DNA of 64,000 nucleotides from an uncultured Glaciecola sp. GTDB lineage: Bacteria; Pseudomonadota; Gammaproteobacteria; Enterobacterales; Alteromonadaceae. The stretch lies in assembly GCA_964643575.1 (NCBI GenBank), contig CAZXTD010000004.1, forward strand, positions 2,016 to 66,015. Direction: 5' to 3'. A program made the translations under genes and the position numbers. This document shows positions 1-10,362 of this stretch, one piece after another. The notes below the pieces were generated by a model that saw only the letters and a program-made list of their open reading frames with translations, was not told the DNA's origin and searched no databases. Numbering within the stretch: the first letter of the stretch is position 1; every line of letters starts with the position of its first letter.

Positions 1-1
1 T

Positions 2-253
2 GAATGGCTAAGTAAGGCCTTAAAGGCAGTTTCTCGAGTGCGCAAAAACGCAAAATCGGTGTTGTTACCTTGTTTAATCATTATTGCAGAAGACGAGCAA
101 ATTGTGGATAACCGCTTGTTACGTAAAACCGCCAAGCTGATGCCAAATACCTCCCTTATTGATGTGCCTAATGCTCGTCATGAAGTGTTTTTTGAGCAAG
201 ACGCCGCCAGAAGCTTTGCCCTTTCAAAAATTTACGAATTTTTAGAAGCCTAA
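2..253 (+). CDS. 5'-truncated alpha/beta hydrolase, lysophospholipase L2 (PldB)-like C-terminus
   Basis: Frame is open from base 2 (EWLSKALKAVSRVRKNAK...); ends with the ARHEVFFE catalytic-His motif typical of PldB-like hydrolases. Confidence 0.65.
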   Translation, partial: EWLSKALKAVSRVRKNAKSVLLPCLIIIAEDEQIVDNRLLRKTAKLMPNTSLIDVPNARHEVFFEQDAARSFALSKIYEFLEA

Positions 254-301
254 GTTTTACCGCTTATTAACTAAAATTTACCACACGAGAATAGAAACAA
301 T

Positions 302-766
302 ATGCTAGACGTTGTCCTTTACGAACCCGAAATACCACCAAATACAGGGAATATTTTTAGATTGTGTGCCAATTGTGGTTACAACCTGCACCTGATTGAA
401 CCTCTCGGCTTTGATTTAGACGAAAAGAAAGTGCGGCGTGCGGGTTTAGACTATCAAGAATTTGTTAAAGTAAAGCGACATGCTAATTTACAAGCTTATA
501 TTGAAAGTGAGCAACCAAAACGTATTTTTGCGTGTACCACAAAAGGCAAAAAATACCATCACGAAGCCGCTTATGAAAAAGGTGATACTTTGCTTTTTGG
601 GCCCGAAACACGCGGCCTTCCCAGTGACGTGATTGAGTCGCTGCCGTTGGAATGCAGATTACGTATTCCCATGACGGCAAATAGTAGAAGTATGAATTTG
701 TCTAACGCAGTAGCCGTTTTTGTATATGAGTCGTGGCGACAATTAGGCTTTGTTGATGCCTGTTAA
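302..766 (+). CDS. trmL: tRNA (cytidine/uridine-34-2'-O)-methyltransferase, SPOUT family
   Basis: [24 protein letters not shown] and [10 protein letters not shown] motifs. Confidence 0.97.
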   Translation: MLDVVLYEPEIPPNTGNIFRLCANCGYNLHLIEPLGFDLDEKKVRRAGLDYQEFVKVKRHANLQAYIESEQPKRIFACTTKGKKYHHEAAYEKGDTLLFGPETRGLPSDVIESLPLECRLRIPMTANSRSMNLSNAVAVFVYESWRQLGFVDAC

Positions 767-815
767 GGGGCAATAGTCTTTACTAAAGCGCGTTAATGCA
801 CTTGAAAGTCATTTA

Positions 816-1820
816 CTATTCGCTAGTTTGCTCTCGGCTTAGCAGCGCGACAGCTGCTTCTTTGGCAGATTTTCCTTTATACAAAACTTCGTATATTTGC
901 TCGCAAATTGGCATTTCTATGTGTTGAGCTGCGGCTAAAATGTGTACCTCATCAGTATTTCGATAGCCTTCTACAACCTGACCAATGCTATCAATTGCTT
1001 GTTCTACAGAAAGGCCTTGGCCTAAAGCTAGCCCAAACCGCCGATTTCGTGATTGATTGTCGGTACACGTGAGCACGAGGTCGCCTAAACAAGCCATGCC
1101 CATAAAGGTTTCGCTTTGCGCGCCTAAAGCTAAGCCCAAGCGTTTCATTTCTGTTAACCCGCGAGTAATCAAGGCTGTGCGAGCATTTGCGCCAAACCCT
1201 AGCCCATCGGCAAGCCCGGCACCAATAGCAATGACGTTTTTGACTGCACCACCTAACTGCACACCAATGAGGTCTTCATTAACATATACTCTAAAGCTTT
1301 TGGGGTTGTGCAGCAGTGCAGAAAACTCTTCGGCTAGCGCTTTATTTTTGCTCGATAAAGTGATTGCAGTGGGTAAACCAGCGGCCATTTCTGCAGCAAA
1401 CGTGGGGCCCGATAACACGGCCGTGGGGGTTGAGTTAGGTAAAAAATCCGCTGCAACTTCTTGTAGCAGCCTGGCAGTACCCGGTTCTAAACCTTTACTT
1501 GCCCAAATTACCTTGTGCTGAGATTTAATCAGCGGTGCGATTTCTTTGGCTATATCTGCAAAAGCGTGGCTAGGCACAACAATTAATAGGTATTCACTGG
1601 CAGTAATTGCATTGCTAAGGTCACTGGTTGGTGCTAGCGCATCAGGAAACTCGAATTTGGGGAGGTACTTTTGATTGCTGCGAGCTTGCTGCATGTCTGC
1701 GATGTCGCTGGCGTTTCGGCCCCATAAGTAAGTATGGTGTTGATTACGAGACAAACAAAAAGCGAGCGCAGTGCCATATGACCCTGCGCCAATTACTGTA
1801 ATTTTATGCTCTTTGTCCAC
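816..1820 (-). CDS. gpsA: NAD(P)H-dependent glycerol-3-phosphate dehydrogenase
   Basis: [10 protein letters not shown] Rossmann motif, [30 protein letters not shown]; lies downstream of secB. Confidence 0.97.
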   Translation of the reverse strand: MDKEHKITVIGAGSYGTALAFCLSRNQHHTYLWGRNASDIADMQQARSNQKYLPKFEFPDALAPTSDLSNAITASEYLLIVVPSHAFADIAKEIAPLIKSQHKVIWASKGLEPGTARLLQEVAADFLPNSTPTAVLSGPTFAAEMAAGLPTAITLSSKNKALAEEFSALLHNPKSFRVYVNEDLIGVQLGGAVKNVIAIGAGLADGLGFGANARTALITRGLTEMKRLGLALGAQSETFMGMACLGDLVLTCTDNQSRNRRFGLALGQGLSVEQAIDSIGQVVEGYRNTDEVHILAAAQHIEMPICEQIYEVLYKGKSAKEAAVALLSREQTSE

Positions 1821-1868
1821 ACGTTTCTCTTATTGCCAGTGATTTACGCTAGCATGGAAGAGTTTTGC

Positions 1869-2372
1869 TTATGCGTCAAGCTTTGGCGCGGCATCACCCG
1901 ACTGACCAGCTTGCGCTTCTTGATGTTTTTTCACGTAGGCCGCAAAAATAGCGTCAAAATTAACAGGTTGTAAATTAAGCGCAGGGAAAGTACCGCGGTT
2001 AACCAAGTTAGAGACCGCTTCACGCGCATACGGGAAGAGTAGGTTGGGGCAGTATGAGCCTAACATGTGTGCTTTGTTGTTTTCTGGCATCTCGCTAACA
2101 GCAAATATGCCTGCTTGCTGAACTTCACACAAAAACGCAGTTTCGCCGCTGTTTGTGGCAGTTACAGTGATAGTTAATACAACTTCGTATAGGTTAGGCT
2201 CAAGCTCGTTTGTGCGAGTGTCGATGTCTAACTTTACTTCTGGCTTCCATTCTTTCTGAAATACCGCTGGCGAGTTAGGTGTTTCAAATGAAATATCTTT
2301 TGTGTAAATACGCTGCAAGTTAAATTGTACTTCTTGAGGTGCTTGTGCAGCTGCTTGTGGTTCGTCGGCCAT
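1869..2372 (-). CDS. secB: Protein-export chaperone SecB
   Basis: [38 protein letters not shown]. Confidence 0.98.
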   Translation of the reverse strand: MADEPQAAAQAPQEVQFNLQRIYTKDISFETPNSPAVFQKEWKPEVKLDIDTRTNELEPNLYEVVLTITVTATNSGETAFLCEVQQAGIFAVSEMPENNKAHMLGSYCPNLLFPYAREAVSNLVNRGTFPALNLQPVNFDAIFAAYVKKHQEAQAGQSGDAAPKLDA

Positions 2373-2495
2373 GGGTATTCCTATTTTTTACTACTAGTTG
2401 ATGTGCTTCGTTTATGTATTTTAAAGTTGAGGTAATGAACCTGAGTATCTACATAAGTGACGTTAAGTGATTTTCACTCACAGCACGGTTAAAAT

Positions 2496-2753
2496 TTAGC
2501 CCGCTAAAAGTGCGTCGAGCTTGCCGGCAGATTCGAGCGCAAATAAATCGTCGCATCCACCTACATGTGTTTCACCAATAAAAATTTGGGGAACGGTTGA
2601 GCCACCGTTAGCACGTTCAATCATGCCGTCGCGTAGTTCAGGATTTTTGTCAATTTCGATATTGTTGTAGCTTGCGCCTTTAGCTTCTAATAAGCCTCGA
2701 GCACGTTTGCAATATGGGCAGTAGCCTTTTGTGTAGATATCTATTTTTTGCAT
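2496..2753 (-). CDS. grxC: Glutaredoxin 3
   Basis: CPYC active site, TVPQIFIG, GGCDDL; in the rhodanese-grxC-secB-gpsA block. Confidence 0.96.
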   Translation of the reverse strand: MQKIDIYTKGYCPYCKRARGLLEAKGASYNNIEIDKNPELRDGMIERANGGSTVPQIFIGETHVGGCDDLFALESAGKLDALLAG

Positions 2754-2854
2754 AATTACTCTCTTTTATATTTTCGACTTATAGATAAAGTCTGCGCGTT
2801 CACGCTTTGGTATTAGCCTACGTGTTCGCAATAGCTTGATGCTAATTAATGGTT

Positions 2855-3286
2855 TTACTTACCTTTGGTGACTGGCAAGCTAGCGCCTGTCCATGCACCC
2901 ATGCCGCCGGTTAATACGTTAACTTTGGTAAAACCTTCTTTTACCATTTTCGACGCGGTGCCTGCGGCAAGGTTACCCATTGCACAGACAACTATAATGG
3001 GTTGTGCTTTATGTTTTTCAAGTTTAGAGAAGTTACCGGCTTTTACTTCTTCCGCTTTTATTTGGCGAGAACCAATAATATGCCCATTTTGGAAGTCTTT
3101 TTGAGGGCGAATGTCGAGCACAATTGCATCTTCTTTGTTCATCAATAATGTGGCTTGATGGTTATCAACTCTCGCGAATTTGGAAAGCATTGGGCTAAGA
3201 AACGAATATAGCAACATTATCACTAGTGCAGCCCAGATACCGGCTAAAATTAGGTTGTCACTGGCAAATTCAATCATTTGGTCCAT
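2855..3286 (-). CDS. Rhodanese-like domain protein with N-terminal TM helix (YibN-like)
   Basis: LDIR..DF..GHI.GS, IIVVCAMG and LTGGMGAW motifs; position upstream of grxC. Confidence 0.9.
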   Translation of the reverse strand: MDQMIEFASDNLILAGIWAALVIMLLYSFLSPMLSKFARVDNHQATLLMNKEDAIVLDIRPQKDFQNGHIIGSRQIKAEEVKAGNFSKLEKHKAQPIIVVCAMGNLAAGTASKMVKEGFTKVNVLTGGMGAWTGASLPVTKGK

Positions 3287-3659
3287 GCTACTGCTTCTCT
3301 CTTTTTATGTAAGGTGTATGCGTCAGTCGTAATGTTCATTTTATCATGATGGTTATAGTCAAAGCCTTAAGCAAAGCGCTTTTTGTTCAAGTAAATACAA
3401 CAAATATAGGGTAATAGTGCTTAGACCTGCTACAACGGGCACGAATTATATATAAACCACAGCTAAATAACAGTAATTATCGACTGCTGTTGTTCACGTG
3501 CGGCCATAAAACTGATAGATTATTAGCCATCTTAATTACTTACGCATTTTAGTCACGCTCGACCAATTCATATATTTATACAGTGTGATACGTAAACGAC
3601 ATGACTCATTATCTCTTTTCACTTGCAAATACACGGTTAAATGACTGTAAAGGACCAAT

Positions 3660-5189
3660 ATGACGCTCAAAAAAAAGACGCTCGCGCTATTCATTCTTGA
3701 TGGTTGGGGTTACCGAGAAGAAACCAACAACAACGCGATTGCCGCGGCCAATACGCCTATTCTAGACCGCTTAAATAAAGAATATGCCAGTACACTTATT
3801 TCAGGCTCTGGCCTAGATGTGGGCTTACCGCCTGGGCAAATGGGTAATTCGGAAGTTGGCCATGTAAATTTAGGCGCAGGTAGAGTGGTTTATCAAGATT
3901 TTACCAAGATCACTAAAGCGATTGATGATGGTAGTTTTAACGACAACGAAGTTTTGCTTAAAGCAATTGAAGACGCGGTAAAAAATGATAAAGCCGTGCA
4001 TATTATGGGTTTATTGTCGGATGGCGGCGTGCACTCGCATCAAGACCATTTGTTTGCTGCCATGCAACTCGCCGACACAAAGGGCGCTAAAAAAATATAT
4101 TTACATGGCTTTTTAGATGGCCGTGATACTGCGCCCCAAGGTGCAGAAAAATACGTCAAACAAGCAGAAGAAGCTTGTGCCAAACTAAATAACGCGCAAG
4201 TGGCTAGTTTGGTTGGGCGTTACTATGCAATGGACAGAGACAACCGCTGGGACAGAGTAGAGCTGGCGTACAATTTATTGGTGTCAGGCAAGGGCGAATT
4301 TACAAGCGACACTGCCAGCCAAGCGGTAGCTCAAAGTTATGCGCGCGAACAAACCGACGAATTTGTTAAACCAACCATAATCGGCGGCTATAATGGTATG
4401 CAAGACGGTGATGCAGTCTTGTTTATGAATTTTAGAGCAGACCGTGCTCGCGAACTTTCGCATGCACTAATTACCGAAGACTTCTCTGGGTTTGAGCGAG
4501 CAGTAAAGCCCGCTATCAACTTTGTACAGTTAACAGAGTTTGAATCAAACTTAAAAGCGCCTGTTGCTTATCCAACAGAAAACTTAGTGAATGTAATGGG
4601 TGACTGGTTAGCCCAAAATGGCAAAACGCAGTTACGCATTTCGGAAACCGAGAAATTTGCTCACGTCACGTTTTTCTATAGCGGTGGCAAAGAAGATGAG
4701 TACGATGGAGAAGAGCGCATTCTCATTCCTTCACCCGATGTAGCGACTTACGACCTACAGCCCGAAATGAATTCAGAAAAGCTGACCGATGCCATCGTTA
4801 ATGCTATTGAAGAAGGTAAATACGACGTCATTATTTGTAATTTCCCCAATGGTGACATGGTTGGGCACACTGGCAAGTTTGATGCAGCAGTAAAAGCGTG
4901 TGAGGCGGTAGATGCATGCATTGGGCGCATTACTGAAGCCTTGGCCAAAAATGACGGTGAATGCTTAATTACCGCAGATCATGGCAACGCAGAACAAATG
5001 CAAGACCCTGATACAGGTGTTGCTCATACGGCGCATACTAGTGAGCCAGTGCCATTTATTTACTTTGGACGACCAGCCAATGTGCGCAGTGGAGGCACAT
5101 TAAGCGATGTTGCTCCTACAATGTTGCATTTAATGGGCATGGAGCAACCAAAAGAAATGACTGGAACGCCCATTGTCACGCTTAAATAA
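3660..5189 (+). CDS. gpmI: 2,3-bisphosphoglycerate-independent phosphoglycerate mutase
   Basis: [30 protein letters not shown]. Confidence 0.98.
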   Translation: MTLKKKTLALFILDGWGYREETNNNAIAAANTPILDRLNKEYASTLISGSGLDVGLPPGQMGNSEVGHVNLGAGRVVYQDFTKITKAIDDGSFNDNEVLLKAIEDAVKNDKAVHIMGLLSDGGVHSHQDHLFAAMQLADTKGAKKIYLHGFLDGRDTAPQGAEKYVKQAEEACAKLNNAQVASLVGRYYAMDRDNRWDRVELAYNLLVSGKGEFTSDTASQAVAQSYAREQTDEFVKPTIIGGYNGMQDGDAVLFMNFRADRARELSHALITEDFSGFERAVKPAINFVQLTEFESNLKAPVAYPTENLVNVMGDWLAQNGKTQLRISETEKFAHVTFFYSGGKEDEYDGEERILIPSPDVATYDLQPEMNSEKLTDAIVNAIEEGKYDVIICNFPNGDMVGHTGKFDAAVKACEAVDACIGRITEALAKNDGECLITADHGNAEQMQDPDTGVAHTAHTSEPVPFIYFGRPANVRSGGTLSDVAPTMLHLMGMEQPKEMTGTPIVTLK

Positions 5190-5224
5190 GCGTTTAGCGC
5201 AACATTAAATGAGGCAAACACAAT

Positions 5225-6448
5225 TTGTGTTTAGTTAACGGCTGGCAAAAAAATAGTATTACCCTCTTAGTAATTACTGAGAGGGTAAGTGGTGTTTTGT
5301 TAGCGCCGATACTTGCGCTTGTATTGATGCTTTGCGCTACCTTTGCCCCGTTTGGTGTAGCCTACAGTCAAAGCGAAACAAAAGACCTAGCGAATATCCA
5401 ACAAATGATTGCGCAAACGCAAGCGCGCTTAGATAAAACCCTAGCCGATTCCGAACGTTTGCAGCAAGAATTGAAGCTTGCAGAGCTTAAAATTGCAGAA
5501 ACAGCCACTATTTTAAACAAGACCGACAAAGAGCTTGAGACCACTCGTGTGGAGCTTGAACGTTTAAACGCAGAAAAAACACGTATCAACACCGAAATCA
5601 AAAACCAGCAGTCTGCGTTAGCCAGTCAAATAAAAAGTGCCTATATGACAGGCGACTATGATTTTGCCAAGATGATATTTAATCAAAATGAAGCGGGTAA
5701 ATTTGAGCGAGTGCTCACCTATTATCAGTACTTAAATAAAGCCAGACAGTCGCAAATTGAAAACTTTAGAGGGTTAGTGCATGCGCTAGATACCGTGCAG
5801 GTTGAGCTCGATGCAGAAGAAGCCGAACTAGCAAATTTACTACAACAACAGTCAGCGCAGTCAAGAAAATTAGGTGACCAACAGCAGGCAAGGTTTGTTT
5901 CGCTCAGAAAACTAGAACAACAAATTAAAACAGACCAAGCAAGGGTATCGCAGCTTCAACAACAAGAAAATGACTTGGTTGCGGCTATTGAACAAGCCGA
6001 AATTGACGCCCGCCGAGCACGTGAGCAAGCTGAACAAGCCGACATTGAGTTGAACGGATTAAGCCAAATAAAAGGACAACTGAGAGTCCCAACGGCGGGC
6101 ACGATAGAAAGATTGTTTGGTAAACGCCGGCAAGGTCAGGTGCGCTGGAAAGGCATTGTAATAAACTCTAAAGCAGGCAGCACAGTAGCCTCGGTGGCTG
6201 ATGGTGTCATTTTATATGCTGACTGGCTGAAAGGATTTGGCTTGGTTGTTATTGTCGATCACGGAGAAGGCTACATGAGCGTGTACGGTCGCAATCAAGC
6301 CTTACTTAAAAATGTGGGCGACACAGTCACCGCCGGTGATGCTATTAGCTTAGTCGGCACAAGTGGCGGTCAAGCTCGAGCAAGCTTGTATTTCGAGATT
6401 AGGCATAAAGGCAAGGCGCTTAATCCGAGCGCTTGGTTGGTTCGATAG
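5225..6448 (+). CDS. envC: Murein hydrolase activator EnvC (coiled coil plus degenerate M23 domain); true start probably somewhat downstream
   Basis: Long coiled coil, then WKGIVI...YADWLKGFGLVVIVDHGEGYMSVYG...LYFEIR; follows gpmI. Confidence 0.9.
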   Translation: MCLVNGWQKNSITLLVITERVSGVLLAPILALVLMLCATFAPFGVAYSQSETKDLANIQQMIAQTQARLDKTLADSERLQQELKLAELKIAETATILNKTDKELETTRVELERLNAEKTRINTEIKNQQSALASQIKSAYMTGDYDFAKMIFNQNEAGKFERVLTYYQYLNKARQSQIENFRGLVHALDTVQVELDAEEAELANLLQQQSAQSRKLGDQQQARFVSLRKLEQQIKTDQARVSQLQQQENDLVAAIEQAEIDARRAREQAEQADIELNGLSQIKGQLRVPTAGTIERLFGKRRQGQVRWKGIVINSKAGSTVASVADGVILYADWLKGFGLVVIVDHGEGYMSVYGRNQALLKNVGDTVTAGDAISLVGTSGGQARASLYFEIRHKGKALNPSAWLVR

Positions 6449-6600
6449 TCTTTTTAGGTCTTAGAATGTTTTAAGGCCTTTGTGTGTCGACGTAGACGCA
6501 AATTAACATACAAAGGTATTATAAAACATACATTAGTTGATGCTGAGTACAGTATTATTAAACGATGTAAATTCATGGTGTTGCGCTGTCCAATCGAACA

Positions 6601-7194
6601 ATGAACAAACAAATTAATCAGCAAGCTCACAAGTTTCCCGTTGCCACTATTCAGTCGGGCTTTACGCTCATCGAACTCATTATTGTGATAGTCATACTCG
6701 GCATTCTTGCTGTGACAGCCGCGCCTCGTTTTATTGATATTCAATCAGATGCGCAAGCCTCTGCATTAAAAGGGGTGAGTGCAGCTTTGGCAAGTGCCAA
6801 TACCTTGGTTTACGCACAAGCGTTATTACAAGGGCAAAGCGAGCTCGAGAGTGGCTCGGTTGATGTGGGTAATAATGTAAACGTGGCAACTCGTTACGGA
6901 TACATCAGCTTTAATAGCAACGTGCACAGTGGTGCAAATGTGGCGCAAATAATCGATATTGATATTTGTCATCATTTAAATACTGATAATTCGTGTAATC
7001 CTGACGGCTCTACCCAATTTATTTATGATGTGGATACCATTAGCGGTGTCTCTATGGTGCGCATATTTTCAGGACGTCTCGCTGATAGCGACCGTGGGCC
7101 CGACAATGACCAAATTGAATGTCGAGTTGATTATCGCATGCCGGTTAATGCGGGTGATAACCCTGCCTACGAAGTTTTTGCTGACGAGTGCTAA
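6601..7194 (+). CDS. MSHA-type pilin-like protein with class III signal peptide
   Basis: SG|FTLIELIIVIVILGILAVTAAPRF prepilin cleavage/methylation motif, followed by IDIQSDAQASAL as in MshA/MshB-like pilins. Confidence 0.85.
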   Translation: MNKQINQQAHKFPVATIQSGFTLIELIIVIVILGILAVTAAPRFIDIQSDAQASALKGVSAALASANTLVYAQALLQGQSELESGSVDVGNNVNVATRYGYISFNSNVHSGANVAQIIDIDICHHLNTDNSCNPDGSTQFIYDVDTISGVSMVRIFSGRLADSDRGPDNDQIECRVDYRMPVNAGDNPAYEVFADEC

Positions 7195-7506
7195 ATTTGC
7201 GCTGATAAATACGCTTACCCGTTAATACCAACTTTCCTCTTTTGCTAGGGTTTGATTTGTCGCTTATTTCTATTTTGGGCGTCGTTGACCACCGTTACCA
7301 CAGCACTTGGCTCAATGCAGGTGTTTATTAAGCCTGAGAACGGAATTGCTCGCCCCTTTATCTATAAGTTCTTCCTTTTTACTATTTATATTTATGCCGC
7401 TAGCCAACAAAGCAACAGATGAAAAGTGACAAAAAGACTTTGACTGTTATCATCGCATTACAGTTGCTATTAATACTCTTCAGCTTGTACTGATGTTTAT
7501 TGCCTT

Positions 7507-8268
7507 ATGGCTGTTAGTATAATTACGTTAAGTAAATATGTGGCCGAGTATGCATTGATGAAAAAATTCTTACAAAGACTATTTATCCCTCAAATATTAC
7601 AAGCAGATAGAGCGCAAAGGGACACGTCAAAAACGCTTGCTAAAGCATATGAAGAGAGCTTAGTGACCAATTTATGGGAAGATACAGGTAGGCTTTATTT
7701 TTTACTCGATACTCTTAAGCTAAGTTTTGAAAGCGAAGTTGGCTTAGTTACTTATGAACGTTTAAGCGTAGAAATGGTAAAGGATATTTTAAACCAAATT
7801 AAAGAAGGCGAAAGCGCTGCCTTTCGGCAAAAAATTGTTGCTGAGCAAACCAGTGAAATACGTATATCGGTGTGCGGAATGACGTGGCAAACTTTGCACG
7901 GGCAAAGCCGAACGCGAGCCATTACCGAAGCTGCAGTGCTGCGAAGCACCACTCCTGATTTTTTAAACAGTCAAGCTTTGTTTAAGCACGCCGACCGCAT
8001 CATAGACCTAGACCCTAATATTCTAAGCTTACCTAACCAGGTAAATGTATTCACCTATGACCGGGTGAGCGTAACAGATTTTTTTAGTCAAATAAAAACT
8101 ATCAATACCCGTTTTGAGCCTGAAAATAAGGCCAGTATCAACTTAAATAGAGAAAATTATTTGGCGCCTTTTAGTGATAATGAGCAAAAGACAATAGACA
8201 CTTTAGAGCAAGGTCGCTCACTTAGCCAAAAAGCTTATAAGCCGCTAACATCAACACCAAAAGTATGA
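7507..8268 (+). CDS. Hypothetical protein, no recognisable domain (alternative start 7558)
   Basis: 253-aa ORF filling the gap between genes; overlaps the 3' end of the convergent transporter gene by 47 bp. Confidence 0.65.
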   Translation: MAVSIITLSKYVAEYALMKKFLQRLFIPQILQADRAQRDTSKTLAKAYEESLVTNLWEDTGRLYFLLDTLKLSFESEVGLVTYERLSVEMVKDILNQIKEGESAAFRQKIVAEQTSEIRISVCGMTWQTLHGQSRTRAITEAAVLRSTTPDFLNSQALFKHADRIIDLDPNILSLPNQVNVFTYDRVSVTDFFSQIKTINTRFEPENKASINLNRENYLAPFSDNEQKTIDTLEQGRSLSQKAYKPLTSTPKV

Positions 8269-9409
8269 CTAAACCTCCTGCGATGTTTGCGAGTTTGCTG
8301 TTGGCGTAATTTCCCATAAGATCCGGCCGGTTACATACCCAAACCAATAAAATAGCAGATATCGGTAAGAGCAAAGCATTAGAGGTTTGCGCTAAAATGA
8401 TCAGTGCCAGAGGTTTAAGCCCTAAGCTAGCCGCAAAGGTACCGATAGCCACAATACTAATTGCCGTTGCTTTAAAACGAAGATCTTTAAGTGTGTTGCC
8501 CCAGCCAAATAAACCACTAATGGCAAAAGCAGCAGCTAATGGCGCGGTGAGCGCACTTGTTAAGCCTGCTGCAAATAAACCTATACCAAAAAAGAGTGCT
8601 GCGTTGTCACCTAGCAATGGCGCAAGTTGACTAGCAATATTTGATTTATCCACACTAATTTGTGTCGCAAAAAAGGCGGTAACCGAGCTCGAAAGTATCG
8701 CGAAGGTGACTAAGCCGCCCATGCCAATGCTAATAGCGAGCTCTTTGTTCTGCTGTGACACGCTGCCAATATCTTTATTGTTTTGTTTATCTTGTGCGCT
8801 TAAACCGGCGTGTAAAAATAAATTATAAGGAACAATAGTCGTGCCAACAATTGCCAAGGCAAGCGCGGGTGTGGCAAGGGAAGTATCTGAAAATGTTAAG
8901 CCTTTAGCGAGTAAGTCAGTATTAATGCCCACAACAAACATTAAAGAGATAAAGACAATACTCATCAGCACAACCAAGCCAACCAAGCACTTTTCTACAA
9001 TGCTGTAATGCCCAGTTAGCAATAGCAACGCTGCAATAACACCAAGCGTGAGTGCCCACGTTTGAATACTCGCACCAAAACTCGCGCTCAAACCTAAAGC
9101 CGCCCCGGTGATATTGCCGCCTTCATAAGCTGCGTTGCCAATACCGATTGCTGCAATGACTAAAGCACCTATGAGAATACGGGCCGCTTTGCTTTGCAGA
9201 CTTTGCATAATTGCTTGTGATAAACCGAGGCCCGATACGCTTCCTAAACGAGACGCCATTTCTTGCAGTGTATAAGTTGCTAATATCGCAAATGCAAGTA
9301 ACCAGACCAAGGTGAAACCAGTTTGACCACCCACTACTGTAGCCGTTGTCACTGTGCCGGGCCCAATAAACGCTGCGGTGATGATCAGTCCTTTAATTCC
9401 TGCTCGCAT
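8222..9409 (-). CDS. NRAMP-family (SLC11-like) transporter with non-canonical motif
   Basis: About 11 TM helices; AAFIGPGT and GTTIVPYNLFLHA align with NRAMP TM1 and TM6. Confidence 0.85.
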   Translation of the reverse strand: MRAGIKGLIITAAFIGPGTVTTATVVGGQTGFTLVWLLAFAILATYTLQEMASRLGSVSGLGLSQAIMQSLQSKAARILIGALVIAAIGIGNAAYEGGNITGAALGLSASFGASIQTWALTLGVIAALLLLTGHYSIVEKCLVGLVVLMSIVFISLMFVVGINTDLLAKGLTFSDTSLATPALALAIVGTTIVPYNLFLHAGLSAQDKQNNKDIGSVSQQNKELAISIGMGGLVTFAILSSSVTAFFATQISVDKSNIASQLAPLLGDNAALFFGIGLFAAGLTSALTAPLAAAFAISGLFGWGNTLKDLRFKATAISIVAIGTFAASLGLKPLALIILAQTSNALLLPISAILLVWVCNRPDLMGNYANSKLANIAGGLVILLVLMLAAYKLFG

Positions 9410-9704
9410 TAGTAAAAGTATCCTTTGGTCTCTTAAATCAACATGAGTGTATCAAAATACTCCAAGAAGGTTGTTGGTTTTATGAGAGCCTTGGATTTCA
9501 AGCGCAATATCGCAAACATCGCCATTCTTAATAACTTGTGACACTTTTAAAAAAGGCAAACATTCAACAGTCTTTACTGTTAAAAAATGATTATGCTAGT
9601 CTGTCAATGAATCCAATTCACTTATATATTTGATTATGCGAAAGAACTCAGTATGATTAATAGCCCTGCAAACTAGTTTATTTTCAACGAGTTAATTATT
9701 CCTC

Positions 9705-10361
9705 ATGCAATCATCTATTCACGTCAAAAATGATTTATCGCAACTTTATGAAAATGCTGACCAAGCCGCTTTTTTACAACCCCAAGCATTTGTAGAAGGC
9801 GCGATTTTAGGGGCCGGTGCGTGTCCTGAAATTCCGTTGCCTGATGTTTGGTTACCATGGGTGATAAAGGAGCACGGTCAAATAAAAGATGCGGCGCAAG
9901 CTGACGCGATAACCGATTTGCTGTTTGCGCACTTTAAGATGTGTTTGGCACAGATGCATGATGAGAGCCTTAAGGTCCCTAGTTATGCGATTTATAGTGA
10001 CCCATCAATACAAGAAAATGACAATGAAGCGCTTTCTCAATGGTGCGAAGGCTTGGTGATGGCACATAGCGCAATGGAGCCATGTTGGCAGAAGGCATGG
10101 AACTTGATGCAAAAGAAAAAGCCTGACCTAGCACCGGAGATGGCTAAAAACCTAAAACATTGTTTGTTAATGTTTTCTACCTTTGCAGACCCAGAAAAAG
10201 CGATTAAAGAAGCAGCTAAGAAAGGCGATTTCACTTTAGCTCAAAACTTACCTCTAGTTTCGCAAAGTCTACAACATACCCTGGCTACTTATATTGAATT
10301 ATCTGGTGAACTAGCTGCATACTTGCCCAATCAGTTCGAGACGTTTAAGCAAGAAAAGTAG
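9705..10361 (+). CDS. UPF0149/YecA-like protein
   Basis: FVEGAILGAGACPEIPLPDVWLPWV and WCEGLVMA pattern. Confidence 0.7.
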   Translation: MQSSIHVKNDLSQLYENADQAAFLQPQAFVEGAILGAGACPEIPLPDVWLPWVIKEHGQIKDAAQADAITDLLFAHFKMCLAQMHDESLKVPSYAIYSDPSIQENDNEALSQWCEGLVMAHSAMEPCWQKAWNLMQKKKPDLAPEMAKNLKHCLLMFSTFADPEKAIKEAAKKGDFTLAQNLPLVSQSLQHTLATYIELSGELAAYLPNQFETFKQEK

Positions 10362-10362
10362 C

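Noticed and set aside
6454-6744. 96-aa minus-strand ORF overlapping the pilin start
   Set aside because: Overlaps a better-supported gene and has no recognisable features
9420-9600. Protein-like open stretch on the minus strand upstream of the NRAMP-like gene
   Set aside because: Only about 45 codons, with no ATG or RBS
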